NCBI GenBank assembly: GCA_965203175.1
Contig: OZ241867.1
Span: 4,992,001-5,056,000, forward strand
Length of the DNA stretch: 64,000 nucleotides
Direction of reading: 5' to 3'
From: Candidatus Latescibacterota bacterium
Lineage (GTDB): Bacteria > Latescibacterota > UBA2968 > UBA8231
This document shows, piece after piece, positions 37,718 to 47,761 of the stretch. Numbering within the stretch: the first letter of the stretch is position 1; each line of letters begins with the position of its first letter. The position numbers and the translations under genes were made by a program. The notes below the pieces were generated by a model. It was not told the origin of the DNA. It saw only the letters and a program-made list of their open reading frames with translations, and did not search any database.

Positions 37718-39736
37718 TCAGTAGATCAGTGTTAAAGGGCGCAACCGACGGCTCCCCGTCCGCTCGGCTTCGGGTGCTATTTCAACTAGGTAGAGACCGG
37801 GCGACAACAAAACTCCGTCCTCATCGCGCCCACCCCAGCGCACTCGCTGCGCACCAAAGCGCTGCACACCTAATGACCGCTTGGCTACTCGCCTTCCGTC
37901 GAGCGAATATACCTTGAACACTACGGGCACATCCTCGGGCAACCCCACCAGCGCATAGCCGATCTCGACCTCGTCGTGGACTCCGTCGCCATTGGGCGTC
38001 AGCACCCTAGTGGAAAAATCCAACCCCACCACCGGCCCATCGCTTTGCCCGGCCGTCCCTAAGACCCGCAGGCTGTTGGTCCCCAGTTCGGCGCTGGCAT
38101 CGCCCGGTTCGACGGGCTGAGGCAGCGCATCGACACCTGCATTATAGACCTCGCCCGAAAACGTCCAAGCCAGTGAGAACACATCGGAGACAAAGACGAC
38201 CCGTGCCTCCTCTGTGGACCCCGGCTCGATCCGCTCCGGCAACACGACCGCTAGTTCCTCGTCGCCTTCAATAACTGCAACCGGCTCGACCTTCCTCGGG
38301 GGATGCCCCATTTCCAGCCTAGTAAACGCAGCCCGCGTCCCGGTGCGAATCCTCAGCGCATCAAAGCCTGCTCCCTCACCGACAAACTCGCCGCGGATGT
38401 CGTAGATCAGTTCCGCCACTTGACCCAACGGCACTTGGGTCAAGCCCCCCGCCGGCTGCACATCGCCAGCCAGAGCCACCTCGCCCACGACCCGGCTGGC
38501 CAGTAGCGGCGCAGTCTCAATCCACAACGAGTCGAGCCGCACGAATGCGGTAAACTCCTCGCTTTTGAGCGTAATCCGCAACTGGAAATGGGTCCCCCCC
38601 TTGAGGTCAATCGCCTGACCTGGTTCGGAAAAGGGCAACGACCAAAAAGACCAATTGTCGCTATCGTACTGAATAGAGGCGCGCATTCCCGGCCGGGGAT
38701 CGCGCAGTAGGCCGGCGCGCCAGCGCGGCTGCAGCACCAAATCGTAGCGCTCGCGCGTCACCACTTCCTCGCCGCCGCGATCCGTGTACTCGTGGTAGAT
38801 ATTCGGATCCCCATCGCGACCGGTGCGCACCTCCACCTCCACCCCCACCTCGGCATCGGGAGCCTCCACCAGTTCGCCATCGATGGCGCGCAACGGCGTC
38901 GCCGCCCAGAACAGGCGACCAAAATTGCGGGACGCGTCCAAGTCGAATATCCGCGAGCGGTACACCACTTTGCGCGGCACCCCCTCGCCGAAGAGTTCAA
39001 AGTCGCCGATTGATCCCTTGAAAGCGGTCCCCGAACGCACGCTGGTATTGCCCCCTCTCCCCGAATCCAACAGCGAGGTCTTCCGCTTGTAGCGCACGAA
39101 GCGCACGTATTGTCTGGGAAATTCGATCTGCACTCGGGTGACAAAATTTTCGGCTACATTGGCAATTAGTGGACCAATGCGTTTATAGGGTTGAGACCCT
39201 TCGAGCCAACTCGGATCGCCTTCCGCTGCGATAGACACCTCGTAGGCTGGCACGGCATCTTGGGCAAAGGGGATACCATCGGAGCGAAAGCCCCTAGGCG
39301 GGGTAAAAAAACCAAAGCGGTGTGCAGGCACCGGTACGGCCAAATCGATGGTGTACCAGACCGATTCGGGATTGGACGAGACCGGCGGATTGAACGACAT
39401 GCTGTCCCCATCGACCATATAGGTGCCATTGTGAGCCGTCGTCTCGTTGCCCTGCGAACCCTTCCAAGCCCGCGGCGTCTCACCCTCGACATAGGACAAC
39501 TCGCGCGGCTCTTTGAGTGGTTCCCAGCCGGTAAAGAGTGCAAGCAAACTTTGGTTGGGGTCGATATAGACAGGTTGGATCGCGCCGGGCACCGAGTCGA
39601 AATCAATGAGCACCACAGCAGAATCGTTTTCGCTCCAGGCTAAGCCCGCACCACCGATCTGCCAACTGTGTCGCTGGGCACCGCTAGCCGTCGCCCAGCA
39701 GACCAGCAGCAGCCATGTGAAAGCCTTAACCGCCAT
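37718..39736 (-). CDS. Large secreted TPNGDG/FlgD-CTD protein (subtype I)
   Basis: Signal peptide. Motifs WQIGG, FGRLFW, RTGRDGDPNIY, NWSFWS, LTPNGDGVHD and WGGRD...PGLY; ends LTLIY. Confidence 0.8.
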   Translation of the reverse strand: MAVKAFTWLLLVCWATASGAQRHSWQIGGAGLAWSENDSAVVLIDFDSVPGAIQPVYIDPNQSLLALFTGWEPLKEPRELSYVEGETPRAWKGSQGNETTAHNGTYMVDGDSMSFNPPVSSNPESVWYTIDLAVPVPAHRFGFFTPPRGFRSDGIPFAQDAVPAYEVSIAAEGDPSWLEGSQPYKRIGPLIANVAENFVTRVQIEFPRQYVRFVRYKRKTSLLDSGRGGNTSVRSGTAFKGSIGDFELFGEGVPRKVVYRSRIFDLDASRNFGRLFWAATPLRAIDGELVEAPDAEVGVEVEVRTGRDGDPNIYHEYTDRGGEEVVTRERYDLVLQPRWRAGLLRDPRPGMRASIQYDSDNWSFWSLPFSEPGQAIDLKGGTHFQLRITLKSEEFTAFVRLDSLWIETAPLLASRVVGEVALAGDVQPAGGLTQVPLGQVAELIYDIRGEFVGEGAGFDALRIRTGTRAAFTRLEMGHPPRKVEPVAVIEGDEELAVVLPERIEPGSTEEARVVFVSDVFSLAWTFSGEVYNAGVDALPQPVEPGDASAELGTNSLRVLGTAGQSDGPVVGLDFSTRVLTPNGDGVHDEVEIGYALVGLPEDVPVVFKVYSLDGRRVAKRSLGVQRFGAQRVRWGGRDEDGVLLSPGLYLVEIAPEAERTGSRRLRPLTLIY

Positions 39737-39873
39737 GACACGTCCTTTTTATTAATTGTAACACAATGGCCACATAAAATTAAGGGCCGACAAACTGTGC
39801 AAAATTCCTTATACTAAGTGTTTCTTTATAAAGAACCTCTCGTGTCCACATCCCCAAATTGAACGGCAAACGC

Positions 39874-41166
39874 ATGCCAAAGCGCGCGATTGAGCAAGGA
39901 ATTTTGGTTTTCCCCGCTGGCGCTGCAACCGATGTGCAGGTCGCTGGCCGCACTCTCCTCCAGCGCGGAATCCGCACCATGGCCAGCGTGGGCATCAAGC
40001 GCGTCTTGGTCGTGCTCCCTCCCGGCCACGCCCCCAGCGACAAATCTCCGGTCCCCGACCTCGATATCCAAGTAGAGCAAACCACCCTGGAGGCCGCCCA
40101 CCTACCCAGCGCGCCCTTCCTATTGCTCAGGGGCGATTGCGTCCACCACCACTCCTCGCTGCAAGCCATCATCGACGCGGGCCTGCAACGAGACGCCCTC
40201 GTCGCGCAAATCAGCGACGACGGTCGCGTCAGCAGCGGAGCGTTTCTCTGCGCGCCGGGCGCGTTGCCCTCGGATGCGCTAACCAGCAACCTCTGGAGTT
40301 GGCTGGCAGCGCGTCCGCACCGCCGCGAAGATATCGCGCCACACCTGTGGCAACGCGTGACCGACAAGCGCAGCGCGCGTACCGCTAAGAACATGCTCTT
40401 CGACCAAGTGAGCAAGGCCACCAGCGGCACGGTAGCGCGCCTGCTCAACGTGCGCATCTCAGTGCCCATCAGCAAACTCATCGTCGATACCGGCATCTCG
40501 CCCAACATGGTGACCTTTTTCATGGTCCTATGTCCGGGCCTGTTCGCCGCCTATTTGGCGACGCAGCCCGACGACTATCTGCGACTTGTATGCGCCGGTG
40601 TCCTCTGGCAGCTCGCCTCCATCCTCGATGGCTGCGACGGCGAGATCGCCCGCGTCAAGCTGGCCGAAACCAAATTCGGCGCTTGGTTCGACACGGTTAC
40701 CGACAACCTCGCCTATCTCTGTGGCTACGCTGCGCTTATGGCTGGTATGTGGCACCTCTATCCCGGCAACTACCTGCCCATCTACGCCGGCATCTCCGCC
40801 ATCGCCTCGCTGGTCCTGACTCTAGTTCTGCTCTACAGCTACGCCCTAAAAACCGGCACCGGCAGCCTGCAATACTACCTCGGAGACTTGGGCAACAAGG
40901 TGCCCTATGGCGAAAAGGACTGGAGCTATCGGTTCCTAGAGCGCGCCGGCTTTATTACCAAGCGGGATTTCCTCTCATTGTTCATTGCCATCGGTTTGGT
41001 GGCCAATCTGTTGCCGGTCGTTTATTGGCTCTTAGTCATCCTGCTGCACGTGGCGGCGCTGGGCGTTTTGACCACCCACTATCGGCTGATGGGCAACCAG
41101 CGCACCGCCGAGCGGCAGATCGCCTCACTTCCGGCCCCGGCCGTCAACCCAGAGGAGGCCGCGTGA
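39874..41166 (+). CDS. CDP-alcohol phosphotransferase with a degenerate N-terminal nucleotidyltransferase-like domain (IPCT/DIPPS-like architecture)
   Basis: ISPNMVT and DGCDGEIAR...FGAWFDTVTD form the CDP-alcohol signature. The N-terminal VAGRTLLQRGI...GIKRVLVV region lacks LAAGxGxR. The start may be TTG 39859. Confidence 0.85.
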   Translation: MPKRAIEQGILVFPAGAATDVQVAGRTLLQRGIRTMASVGIKRVLVVLPPGHAPSDKSPVPDLDIQVEQTTLEAAHLPSAPFLLLRGDCVHHHSSLQAIIDAGLQRDALVAQISDDGRVSSGAFLCAPGALPSDALTSNLWSWLAARPHRREDIAPHLWQRVTDKRSARTAKNMLFDQVSKATSGTVARLLNVRISVPISKLIVDTGISPNMVTFFMVLCPGLFAAYLATQPDDYLRLVCAGVLWQLASILDGCDGEIARVKLAETKFGAWFDTVTDNLAYLCGYAALMAGMWHLYPGNYLPIYAGISAIASLVLTLVLLYSYALKTGTGSLQYYLGDLGNKVPYGEKDWSYRFLERAGFITKRDFLSLFIAIGLVANLLPVVYWLLVILLHVAALGVLTTHYRLMGNQRTAERQIASLPAPAVNPEEAA

Positions 41167-42194
41167 AAGCGCTGCAAATTTCCATGGTCGCCTTTGGCTT
41201 CCTGCTGCTCGGCTATCTCGTCGGTCAGCTCGGGGTCGATGAAGTCCTCCACCATTTGGACGCGATCAAGTGGATGTTCCCCCTGCTGTTGCTGCCCTCG
41301 TGCGTCTGGCATTTCTCCAACACGATCGCCTGGAACTTCGCCTTCCCACCCGACGCCTTCAAACCGAGGCTGCTCACCCTTTTTGCAGCCAAGCTGGCCG
41401 GCGAGGCGGTCAATCAACTCACGCCGCTGGCCAATCTCGGCGGCGAGCCAGTCAAGGCCTATTTGCTCACTCACCGGACACCCGGCCCGCGCGGCATGGC
41501 CTCGGTGGTCGTTGACAAAACCGCGCAAATTGCAGTCGGCCTGTCCTTTACCGTTCTCGGCCTAGGGTTGTTGTTCTACTACCACGACGTATCCGAGCTC
41601 ATCCCCTTGGAATACCGGGTCTTTTTCGCATGCCTGCTCATCGTCAGCTTGGCGGCCTTCTGGGTTTTCTACAAGCGTCAAGAGCACATGTTCACGTCCC
41701 TGCTCAAACTGCTCCGCTCTGCTGGCCTGCGCACCGACATGATCGAGCGCAATATGGGACGCGCAGCGCGCATCGACACCAATATCGGCACCTTTTACCG
41801 CACCCATCGCACCCGCTTCCTGCGCGCCTTGTTCTTTCAGAGTATCGGCTGGTTTATGGGCACCTGTGAGACCTACGCCATCCTCTGGGCACTGGACGCG
41901 GGCGTTGGTTTTTGGTTTTGTTTTTTGCTCAACGCCTTGGGCGCGGTCATCAACGGCCTGTTCTTTTTCATGCCCTCCAATATCGGGGTCATGGAAGGCA
42001 GCCTCGTATTTTTATTCTCCAGTTTGGGGTTAGACCCGTCCCTCGGTCTGTCCTTGGGTCTTACCCGCCGCATGCGCCGCGTGTTCTGGATCTTCATCGG
42101 CTGGACCTGCCTCAGCTACATGAGCAGGACCGCGCTCCAGCGCCGTCCTGCAACGGCTTTAACCATGCTTCAGAAACAAGAAAACCCGCGCTGA
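41163..42194 (+). CDS. Lysylphosphatidylglycerol synthase TM/flippase-like protein (UPF0104)
   Basis: GTG start overlaps the upstream TGA. Motifs GEAVNQLTPLANLGGEPVKAYLL, VVVDK and PSNIGVMEG; many TM helices. Confidence 0.85.
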   Translation: MKALQISMVAFGFLLLGYLVGQLGVDEVLHHLDAIKWMFPLLLLPSCVWHFSNTIAWNFAFPPDAFKPRLLTLFAAKLAGEAVNQLTPLANLGGEPVKAYLLTHRTPGPRGMASVVVDKTAQIAVGLSFTVLGLGLLFYYHDVSELIPLEYRVFFACLLIVSLAAFWVFYKRQEHMFTSLLKLLRSAGLRTDMIERNMGRAARIDTNIGTFYRTHRTRFLRALFFQSIGWFMGTCETYAILWALDAGVGFWFCFLLNALGAVINGLFFFMPSNIGVMEGSLVFLFSSLGLDPSLGLSLGLTRRMRRVFWIFIGWTCLSYMSRTALQRRPATALTMLQKQENPR

Positions 42195-42218
42195 CCCCGA
42201 CCCACAAGAGACAGAGCA

Positions 42219-42968
42219 ATGCGTCGACACATACTCGCTTGCCTAGCGGGCTGCTGCGTCCTCTCTCTCTACACTGCCTCTGCCCAAGACGCGCCGCCGG
42301 CTGGAGGCGAGCACGAAGCCCCTCCTTACATCGTCATTGAAGACTTTACCACCACGCCCCTAGACAGCCTGCCTCGCGGCTGGCGCTGGCGCGGCAAGGA
42401 CGACGACAAACCCAAACTCTACGCCGTCCGCGAGGCCAACGGCCGCCGCTACCTAGCCGCCCAAGATACCGGCCACTCGGTCGTCCTCATGAAGCGATTC
42501 CACTGGGATCCCCGGCAATACCCTATTATGACTTGGTGCTGGCGCGCCGACGCCCTGCCGCCAGGGGGCGACGAGCGCTACACCGAGACCAACGACAGCG
42601 CCGCCGGAGTACACGTCATTTTTTCGCGCAACCTCCTCGGCATCCCGCGACAGATCAAATACGTGTGGAGCACGACCTTGGCTCCAGGCACTGTCTCCCG
42701 CCGCAAAGGCATTGCCCGCCCTTGGTTTGTCGTGCTCCAAAGCGGGCCGGAGAAGTTGGGGCAATGGCTCCAAGAGTGGGTTGATCTAGAAAGAGATCAC
42801 GAGCGCATTTTGTCGTCCAACCTGCCGAAAAAAACCATTGGCATAGCTTTGCTCACCGATGCCAATTCGACCCGGGGGTACGCCGCAGCCGCCTACGCCG
42901 ACTTCCGGGTCTGGCCGCGGTCAGCGCTGGCACACATCCCCAACTACTGCGCCGGCCTCCCCCCATGA
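42219..42968 (+). CDS. Exported DUF3047-like protein
   Basis: Signal peptide. Motifs YPIMTWCWRAD, DSAAGVHVIF, IKYVWS, GQW and GIALLTDANST. Confidence 0.7.
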   Translation: MRRHILACLAGCCVLSLYTASAQDAPPAGGEHEAPPYIVIEDFTTTPLDSLPRGWRWRGKDDDKPKLYAVREANGRRYLAAQDTGHSVVLMKRFHWDPRQYPIMTWCWRADALPPGGDERYTETNDSAAGVHVIFSRNLLGIPRQIKYVWSTTLAPGTVSRRKGIARPWFVVLQSGPEKLGQWLQEWVDLERDHERILSSNLPKKTIGIALLTDANSTRGYAAAAYADFRVWPRSALAHIPNYCAGLPP

Positions 42969-44116
42969 GGATCTGCATCGACGCCCGCTCGCTGCGCGAC
43001 GTGCCCACCAGCCTCGGCCGCTACGCCGCCGACCTCGTCAGCCATATCGCCAAGCTAGACCTCGAAAACGAGTATATCGTCGTCCGTCGCCCCTCGCGCC
43101 ACGGCCCCATCGCCGATCAGGCCAACTTCAGGGAGATTTTCGCACCGCACGACATTTCCTCGCCGCACAACATTCTCGCCGGTGCCCGGGTCATCAACGG
43201 GCTCGACGCCGACGTGTACCACTCCCTGTACCACTTTCTCCCCATCGGCGTGCGCGCCCGGCGCGTCGTCATCACCCTGCACGACCTGATCTGGGTGGAT
43301 CACTCTTACCTCGCCGACGGACGGCGCTGGCGGCAGTGGGTCAAAGGAACTCTGGGCAGCTTCGGTATCCGCCGCGCCATTGCCACAGCGGACCACATCG
43401 TCGCCGTCTCCGCGAGCACGCGCCAAGCTGCGCTCGACCACGGCGTGCCAGCCGACAAAGTAACAGCCATCCTCCACGGCGTGGCTCCCGCCTGGCACTC
43501 GGGCAACGCAGAACCGGCCCAGTTTGACTTGGGCCATGCGACTGACCAAGACCATGCACAGCAGGATAGGCTCACCGGTCTTGCAGAACGGCCTTTTGTC
43601 TTTGGCCTAGGCAACAGCTTGCCGTACAAAAACCTGCCTCGGCTGGTGCGCGCCTTTGCCCAAGTCGCCTCGGACCATCCCGACCTCGCCCTCGTGTTCG
43701 CCGGCCGCGGCGAGGGCAATCCCGCACTCGTGCAGCTAGCGCATCAACTCGGCCTGAGCGACCGGGTGCTCCTCGCCGGCCAGCTCCGCGATGAGCAAAT
43801 CCGCGCCTGTTTTGCCCACGCGCTCTTTTTCGCGTTTCCATCGCTGATAGAGGGATTCGGACTACCCGTACTCGAAGCAATGGCCAGCGGCTGCCCGGTG
43901 CTCACGTCAAACTGTTCGTCGCTCGCCGAAATCGCCGGAGAAGATGCAGTGCTCATCGATCCGCTCGACACCGCAGCCATCGCTGCCGGAATGCAGCGCC
44001 TGCTGAACGATTCCGCGCTCCGCCAACGGCTATCGCACCAGGGACGCCAACGGGCCGCGGCCTTTACGTGGGAAGACGCGGCCCAGCGAACTATTCAACT
44101 GTATAATCAGATATAG
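42965..44116 (+). CDS. Glycosyltransferase family 4
   Basis: Motifs RICIDAR, VITLHDLI, KNLPRL and FPSLIEGFGLPVLEAMASGCPV. Confidence 0.92.
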   Translation: MRICIDARSLRDVPTSLGRYAADLVSHIAKLDLENEYIVVRRPSRHGPIADQANFREIFAPHDISSPHNILAGARVINGLDADVYHSLYHFLPIGVRARRVVITLHDLIWVDHSYLADGRRWRQWVKGTLGSFGIRRAIATADHIVAVSASTRQAALDHGVPADKVTAILHGVAPAWHSGNAEPAQFDLGHATDQDHAQQDRLTGLAERPFVFGLGNSLPYKNLPRLVRAFAQVASDHPDLALVFAGRGEGNPALVQLAHQLGLSDRVLLAGQLRDEQIRACFAHALFFAFPSLIEGFGLPVLEAMASGCPVLTSNCSSLAEIAGEDAVLIDPLDTAAIAAGMQRLLNDSALRQRLSHQGRQRAAAFTWEDAAQRTIQLYNQI

Positions 44117-44135
44117 TCCGTAGCTATTCGTCGCG

Positions 44136-45182
44136 TCATGGGGAGATCTGCGGTCGGATAGCCGGCTTGCCCATGGGATATGGGCCATTGGTCAACGGGT
44201 TGCTGCGGGCGTGGTCGTACACCGCGTCCTGTATTTCGAGGATGCGCACGGCTTGGTCGACATTGGGGGTGAAGGATCGCCCATCTGCCAAAGCGGTCAG
44301 GGCTTGATCGACGATGGTCGTCATGCGCTCGCCGTGCGACAAATCCTCACTGAATTGCACGCCCTCGGTAGTGTGAACTTCGATGAGCGGCTCACCTTCT
44401 TTGCCGTATTGCTGGAACACCATGGCGCGGGTGCCGATAAAGCGGAAGAAGTGGTCGCCGCTGCGCACCCCTGACGGATAGGCGTAGCCGCTTTCGATAA
44501 CGCCGGTCACACCCCCATCCGTGCGCAGCATTCCCAAGCCAATATCCTCCACTACACGGCCGTGCGTGGCGTTGGACATGACGGCACCAACCACGTGTAC
44601 CGTCTGCTCGCCAACGAATTGCAGGAAGGTGTCAATGCCGTGGGCCGCCTCTACGGCCCAACTGCCGCCGCCGGAAATGGCCGGATCATTGTGCCAAGCC
44701 GAGGGCGTCGGGTCGTAGCGCGAGGGCGGGCCGTTATTGAGACGGCAGCTATACTGGACCACATCGCCCAGCGTACCATCAGCCAACAGACGCTCCACAG
44801 TGGCGACGATACGGCTGGCGCGGTTGGGCAGAGTAAGGGCGCTGAAGACCCCGTGTTTGGCCGAAGCTTCGGCCGCAGGCCGGAGCCGAGCAGCGCAATC
44901 GGCAAAGGGTTTGTCGAGCAAGTAGGGAATGCGCCGATCGACGCAGGCCTGCACGTGATCCGGCATTTCAATGTGCTTGCCGGCGACTAGGGCGGCGTCG
45001 GGCTGTGCAGCGTCGAGGCACTCGCCCGCCGTGGCAAAGCCTGGACATTGGAAAATCTCTGCGAATTGTTGGCGCGGGCCTTCTTCCCCATCCATAACCC
45101 CGATTATATCGTGCCTCAAGGAGCGGATGGTCTGGCCGATGCCGCGGCCGTGGTGGCTGTATGACAAGATGACTAGGCGCAT
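44136..45182 (-). CDS. Gfo/Idh/MocA family oxidoreductase
   Basis: Start re-called at MRLVILSY. Motifs LLDKPF and SGGGSWAVEAAHGID. Overlaps the upstream stop. Confidence 0.8.
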   Translation of the reverse strand: MRLVILSYSHHGRGIGQTIRSLRHDIIGVMDGEEGPRQQFAEIFQCPGFATAGECLDAAQPDAALVAGKHIEMPDHVQACVDRRIPYLLDKPFADCAARLRPAAEASAKHGVFSALTLPNRASRIVATVERLLADGTLGDVVQYSCRLNNGPPSRYDPTPSAWHNDPAISGGGSWAVEAAHGIDTFLQFVGEQTVHVVGAVMSNATHGRVVEDIGLGMLRTDGGVTGVIESGYAYPSGVRSGDHFFRFIGTRAMVFQQYGKEGEPLIEVHTTEGVQFSEDLSHGERMTTIVDQALTALADGRSFTPNVDQAVRILEIQDAVYDHARSNPLTNGPYPMGKPAIRPQISP

Positions 45183-46513
45183 AGGTCGGCCTCCTGTTGG
45201 CGGCGCAAGGTGAGCAATTCGGAGTCGGGCAGTTCGACATCGTCGTAGGTGATCAGATCGTCCTCCGAGATGTCGCGGGTGAGCACGGCCCGTTGCGACA
45301 GACCTATGGGCAGCAGGTTGCCAGAGCGGGCGAGGGTAGCTTTTTCCAACAAGCCGTACGCGCAATAACCGCCCTCGCCGTCGAGCACAGTGCCAGCGGA
45401 GAGGGGCTTTTTGGCCGCGGTCACGACTTCGGCGTAATGGCCGATGGGGTGCCCCGATGTCTGGCCATCGAGGGCGATGCGCGCCGCGCTGATGGGCATT
45501 TCGTGGCCTACCCAGTGCTGCGGGCGGTAGATCATGCCGTAGCCACTGCGCTGGCCGATAATCATGCCGATGATTTCGCCGTACGAGCCGAGCGATTCCA
45601 TGGCAAAGGACGTGGCTCCATCGACGACGCAGTACAGGCCGCCGCGCAATCCGCGCTCGACGGCCTGTTCGTTGTCGTCGATGATACTGACCGCCTCGAC
45701 CACGCCTTCCGCGTTGAGCAAACCGCCCTTACTCCGATGGCACAAAATGTCGGGGATCTGGCGCAAGTCAGACTTGGGGAAGTGCATGCCGCGCACATCG
45801 GGCACGAGGCCGCTCATATTGGCCAGACAGGCCATTTCAATGGCGTGCTTAGTGCCGTCTAAAAACGAACCAAACATCTGGGCGTTGTAATCGCGTCCGG
45901 TAAAGCCGTACAGGCGCGGCACGTCGTCGGGATTGGCTTTGCGGAAGGCAGTCTTAAAGCGCGTCCCCTTGCCAGCGGCTATTACCCTAAAGCCGAGGGC
46001 GCGGGCCCAGTCCCACAGTTCCAAGGCGCAGGCCGGCTCGTCGCCGTACGCGGCGCTGTAGAGCACGCCAGCCTCATCGGCCAGTTTTTTCAGTTGACTG
46101 CCAACGACTACATCGGCCTCCACCGTGACCATGACTAGGTGCTTTTTTTGCGCGATGGCATAGCGAGCGTGGGCCGCCCCAGCCTCGACGTTGCCCGTGG
46201 CCTCGATAACTAGGTCGACGCCGCTCTCCATCAGGGCGCGGGCATCGCCGATGACGGCGTAGCGACCCGCCTCCATGGCCGCATCAATGGCCGCAGGGTC
46301 GTCGGTTGTGTCTATCTGGTCGTCGGGGATCTGGCCCCGGCCGTATGCACGCCGGGCTTTGTCTAGATCCAGTTCGGCAATCGCGGCCAAGCGCATGCCG
46401 GGGGCGTGGGCCAGTTGCGAGGCGATTTGGGTGCCAAAGGTGCCGGCCGCGATGAGGCCGATCTGAATGGGTGTGTCCCTTTGGTCGAGTTGGCGCAAGC
46501 GGTGGTACAACAT
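45173..46513 (-). CDS. Homoserine-dehydrogenase-like NAD(P) oxidoreductase with C-terminal SAF domain
   Basis: Motifs IGLIAAGTFG, EATG, VEADVVVG, GDEP, AAGKG, DGTK..IEM and AKKPL...LDGEGGY. Confidence 0.85.
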   Translation of the reverse strand: MLYHRLRQLDQRDTPIQIGLIAAGTFGTQIASQLAHAPGMRLAAIAELDLDKARRAYGRGQIPDDQIDTTDDPAAIDAAMEAGRYAVIGDARALMESGVDLVIEATGNVEAGAAHARYAIAQKKHLVMVTVEADVVVGSQLKKLADEAGVLYSAAYGDEPACALELWDWARALGFRVIAAGKGTRFKTAFRKANPDDVPRLYGFTGRDYNAQMFGSFLDGTKHAIEMACLANMSGLVPDVRGMHFPKSDLRQIPDILCHRSKGGLLNAEGVVEAVSIIDDNEQAVERGLRGGLYCVVDGATSFAMESLGSYGEIIGMIIGQRSGYGMIYRPQHWVGHEMPISAARIALDGQTSGHPIGHYAEVVTAAKKPLSAGTVLDGEGGYCAYGLLEKATLARSGNLLPIGLSQRAVLTRDISEDDLITYDDVELPDSELLTLRRQQEADLCA

Positions 46514-46587
46514 GGTCTGTCCTTTCTCAAGAAGCCGTCTTGAATACTACCACTCGGAAGGGCGACAGCCAAATTTTCCGCTTAGAC

Positions 46588-47169
46588 TCAGGACGACGGA
46601 TTGGCACCTGCCGTCCACTCGGTTTTAGCGATGCGCATATCGCAGATAGAGCGCGCCTTGCTGCCGGGCGGCTGGGCGATGTGAGCCACGACGCGGAAGC
46701 CTACCTTGGCAAACGCCGCGCGGCTGCGGGGATTGTAGTCGGCAACGTCACAGGCGAAGATAAAATCAGCCTTCCCCTCAGCAAAACCGAAATTGACCAA
46801 CGCGCGGATTATTTCCGTCCCCAAGCCTTTGTTCCAGTACTGCTTCTCTCCAATAGACAGATCAATGCGGCGACAGTCGCATCCGGGGTGGGCCTCGATA
46901 ATGCGCGGCAGATTCATGGCCTGCAACCAAGCCTCGGCGATGGGCTGGCCGTCGAGTTCCGCGATAAAGCAGAAGGCGGCTTGCGAGATGCCGCTATAAA
47001 TGCGCTTGATCTCGTCGAGCGTATAGGCCGTCACATCCGAGCCATCGGCGTAATACAACACGTCGGGATCTTGGTTCCAGCGCAGCAAGATGTCCCAATC
47101 GGCATCGGTCATGGGACGCAGGTGCAGGCGGGGCGTGTGCAGGTGGACGGTGTGGCTTTTGATGGGCAT
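46588..47169 (-). CDS. GNAT (RimJ/RimL-type) N-acetyltransferase
   Basis: Start MPIKSH. Motifs TPRLHLRP, YWNKGLGTE and NPRSRAAFAKVGF. Confidence 0.85.
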   Translation of the reverse strand: MPIKSHTVHLHTPRLHLRPMTDADWDILLRWNQDPDVLYYADGSDVTAYTLDEIKRIYSGISQAAFCFIAELDGQPIAEAWLQAMNLPRIIEAHPGCDCRRIDLSIGEKQYWNKGLGTEIIRALVNFGFAEGKADFIFACDVADYNPRSRAAFAKVGFRVVAHIAQPPGSKARSICDMRIAKTEWTAGANPSS

Positions 47170-47180
47170 AGCTGTGTCGC

Positions 47181-47594
47181 CTAATCGAATGCGGTCGGCG
47201 GCCACATCCCCTCGACCGGGTAGGCTTCGTCCTCGCCGGGCCACGGAGGCATGGTAACGGCAATCGCGGCGAGCGGCTCGTCGCCTAGGGCGCGGAATTG
47301 GAAGTGGGTGCCCAGCGGAATGGTCAGGCAGACGCCCGGCTCGACCGCCGCGACTTCCTCGCGGTCGTTCTGTCGCCGCCACATTTGGCCGCGACCGGCG
47401 AAAAAAAACCAGATCTCTTCGACCGTGCGGTGGGCAACGGCCTTCGACGTCTGGCCGGGTTGGAGTTCAAAATGCGCCATGCCGCCGCCTTGCAGGCCCA
47501 ATAGAATGCGGACATCTGAGCCGTCGGGAGCGGTCGCGTCAGGGGTGGCGGACAGTTTTTTAGTGTCGAATTCCAAGGGTGAAGTCTCCTGCAT
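47181..47594 (-). CDS. Cupin domain protein
   Basis: Motifs APDGSDVR, HRTVEEIW, IPLGTHFQFR and TMPPWPG. Confidence 0.85.
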   Translation of the reverse strand: MQETSPLEFDTKKLSATPDATAPDGSDVRILLGLQGGGMAHFELQPGQTSKAVAHRTVEEIWFFFAGRGQMWRRQNDREEVAAVEPGVCLTIPLGTHFQFRALGDEPLAAIAVTMPPWPGEDEAYPVEGMWPPTAFD

Positions 47595-47761
47595 AGTAGA
47601 GGCCGACAGGTTCTCGTCCTAAAAATACCACTCTCAACACCTGCGGGAAGGACTTCCTTCCCCTATTTTCCCGCAAGAAGCAGTTGTGCAAATACTATCG
47701 TCCAGCTTGACCTCTTACCAATAATACCTGTTTATTTGCCCTACGATTCGGAGACGATCCC

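Noticed and set aside
47643-47674. gcgggaa...ttcccgc inverted repeat between divergent genes
   Set aside because: The stem is short and single-copy, and no function can be assigned.
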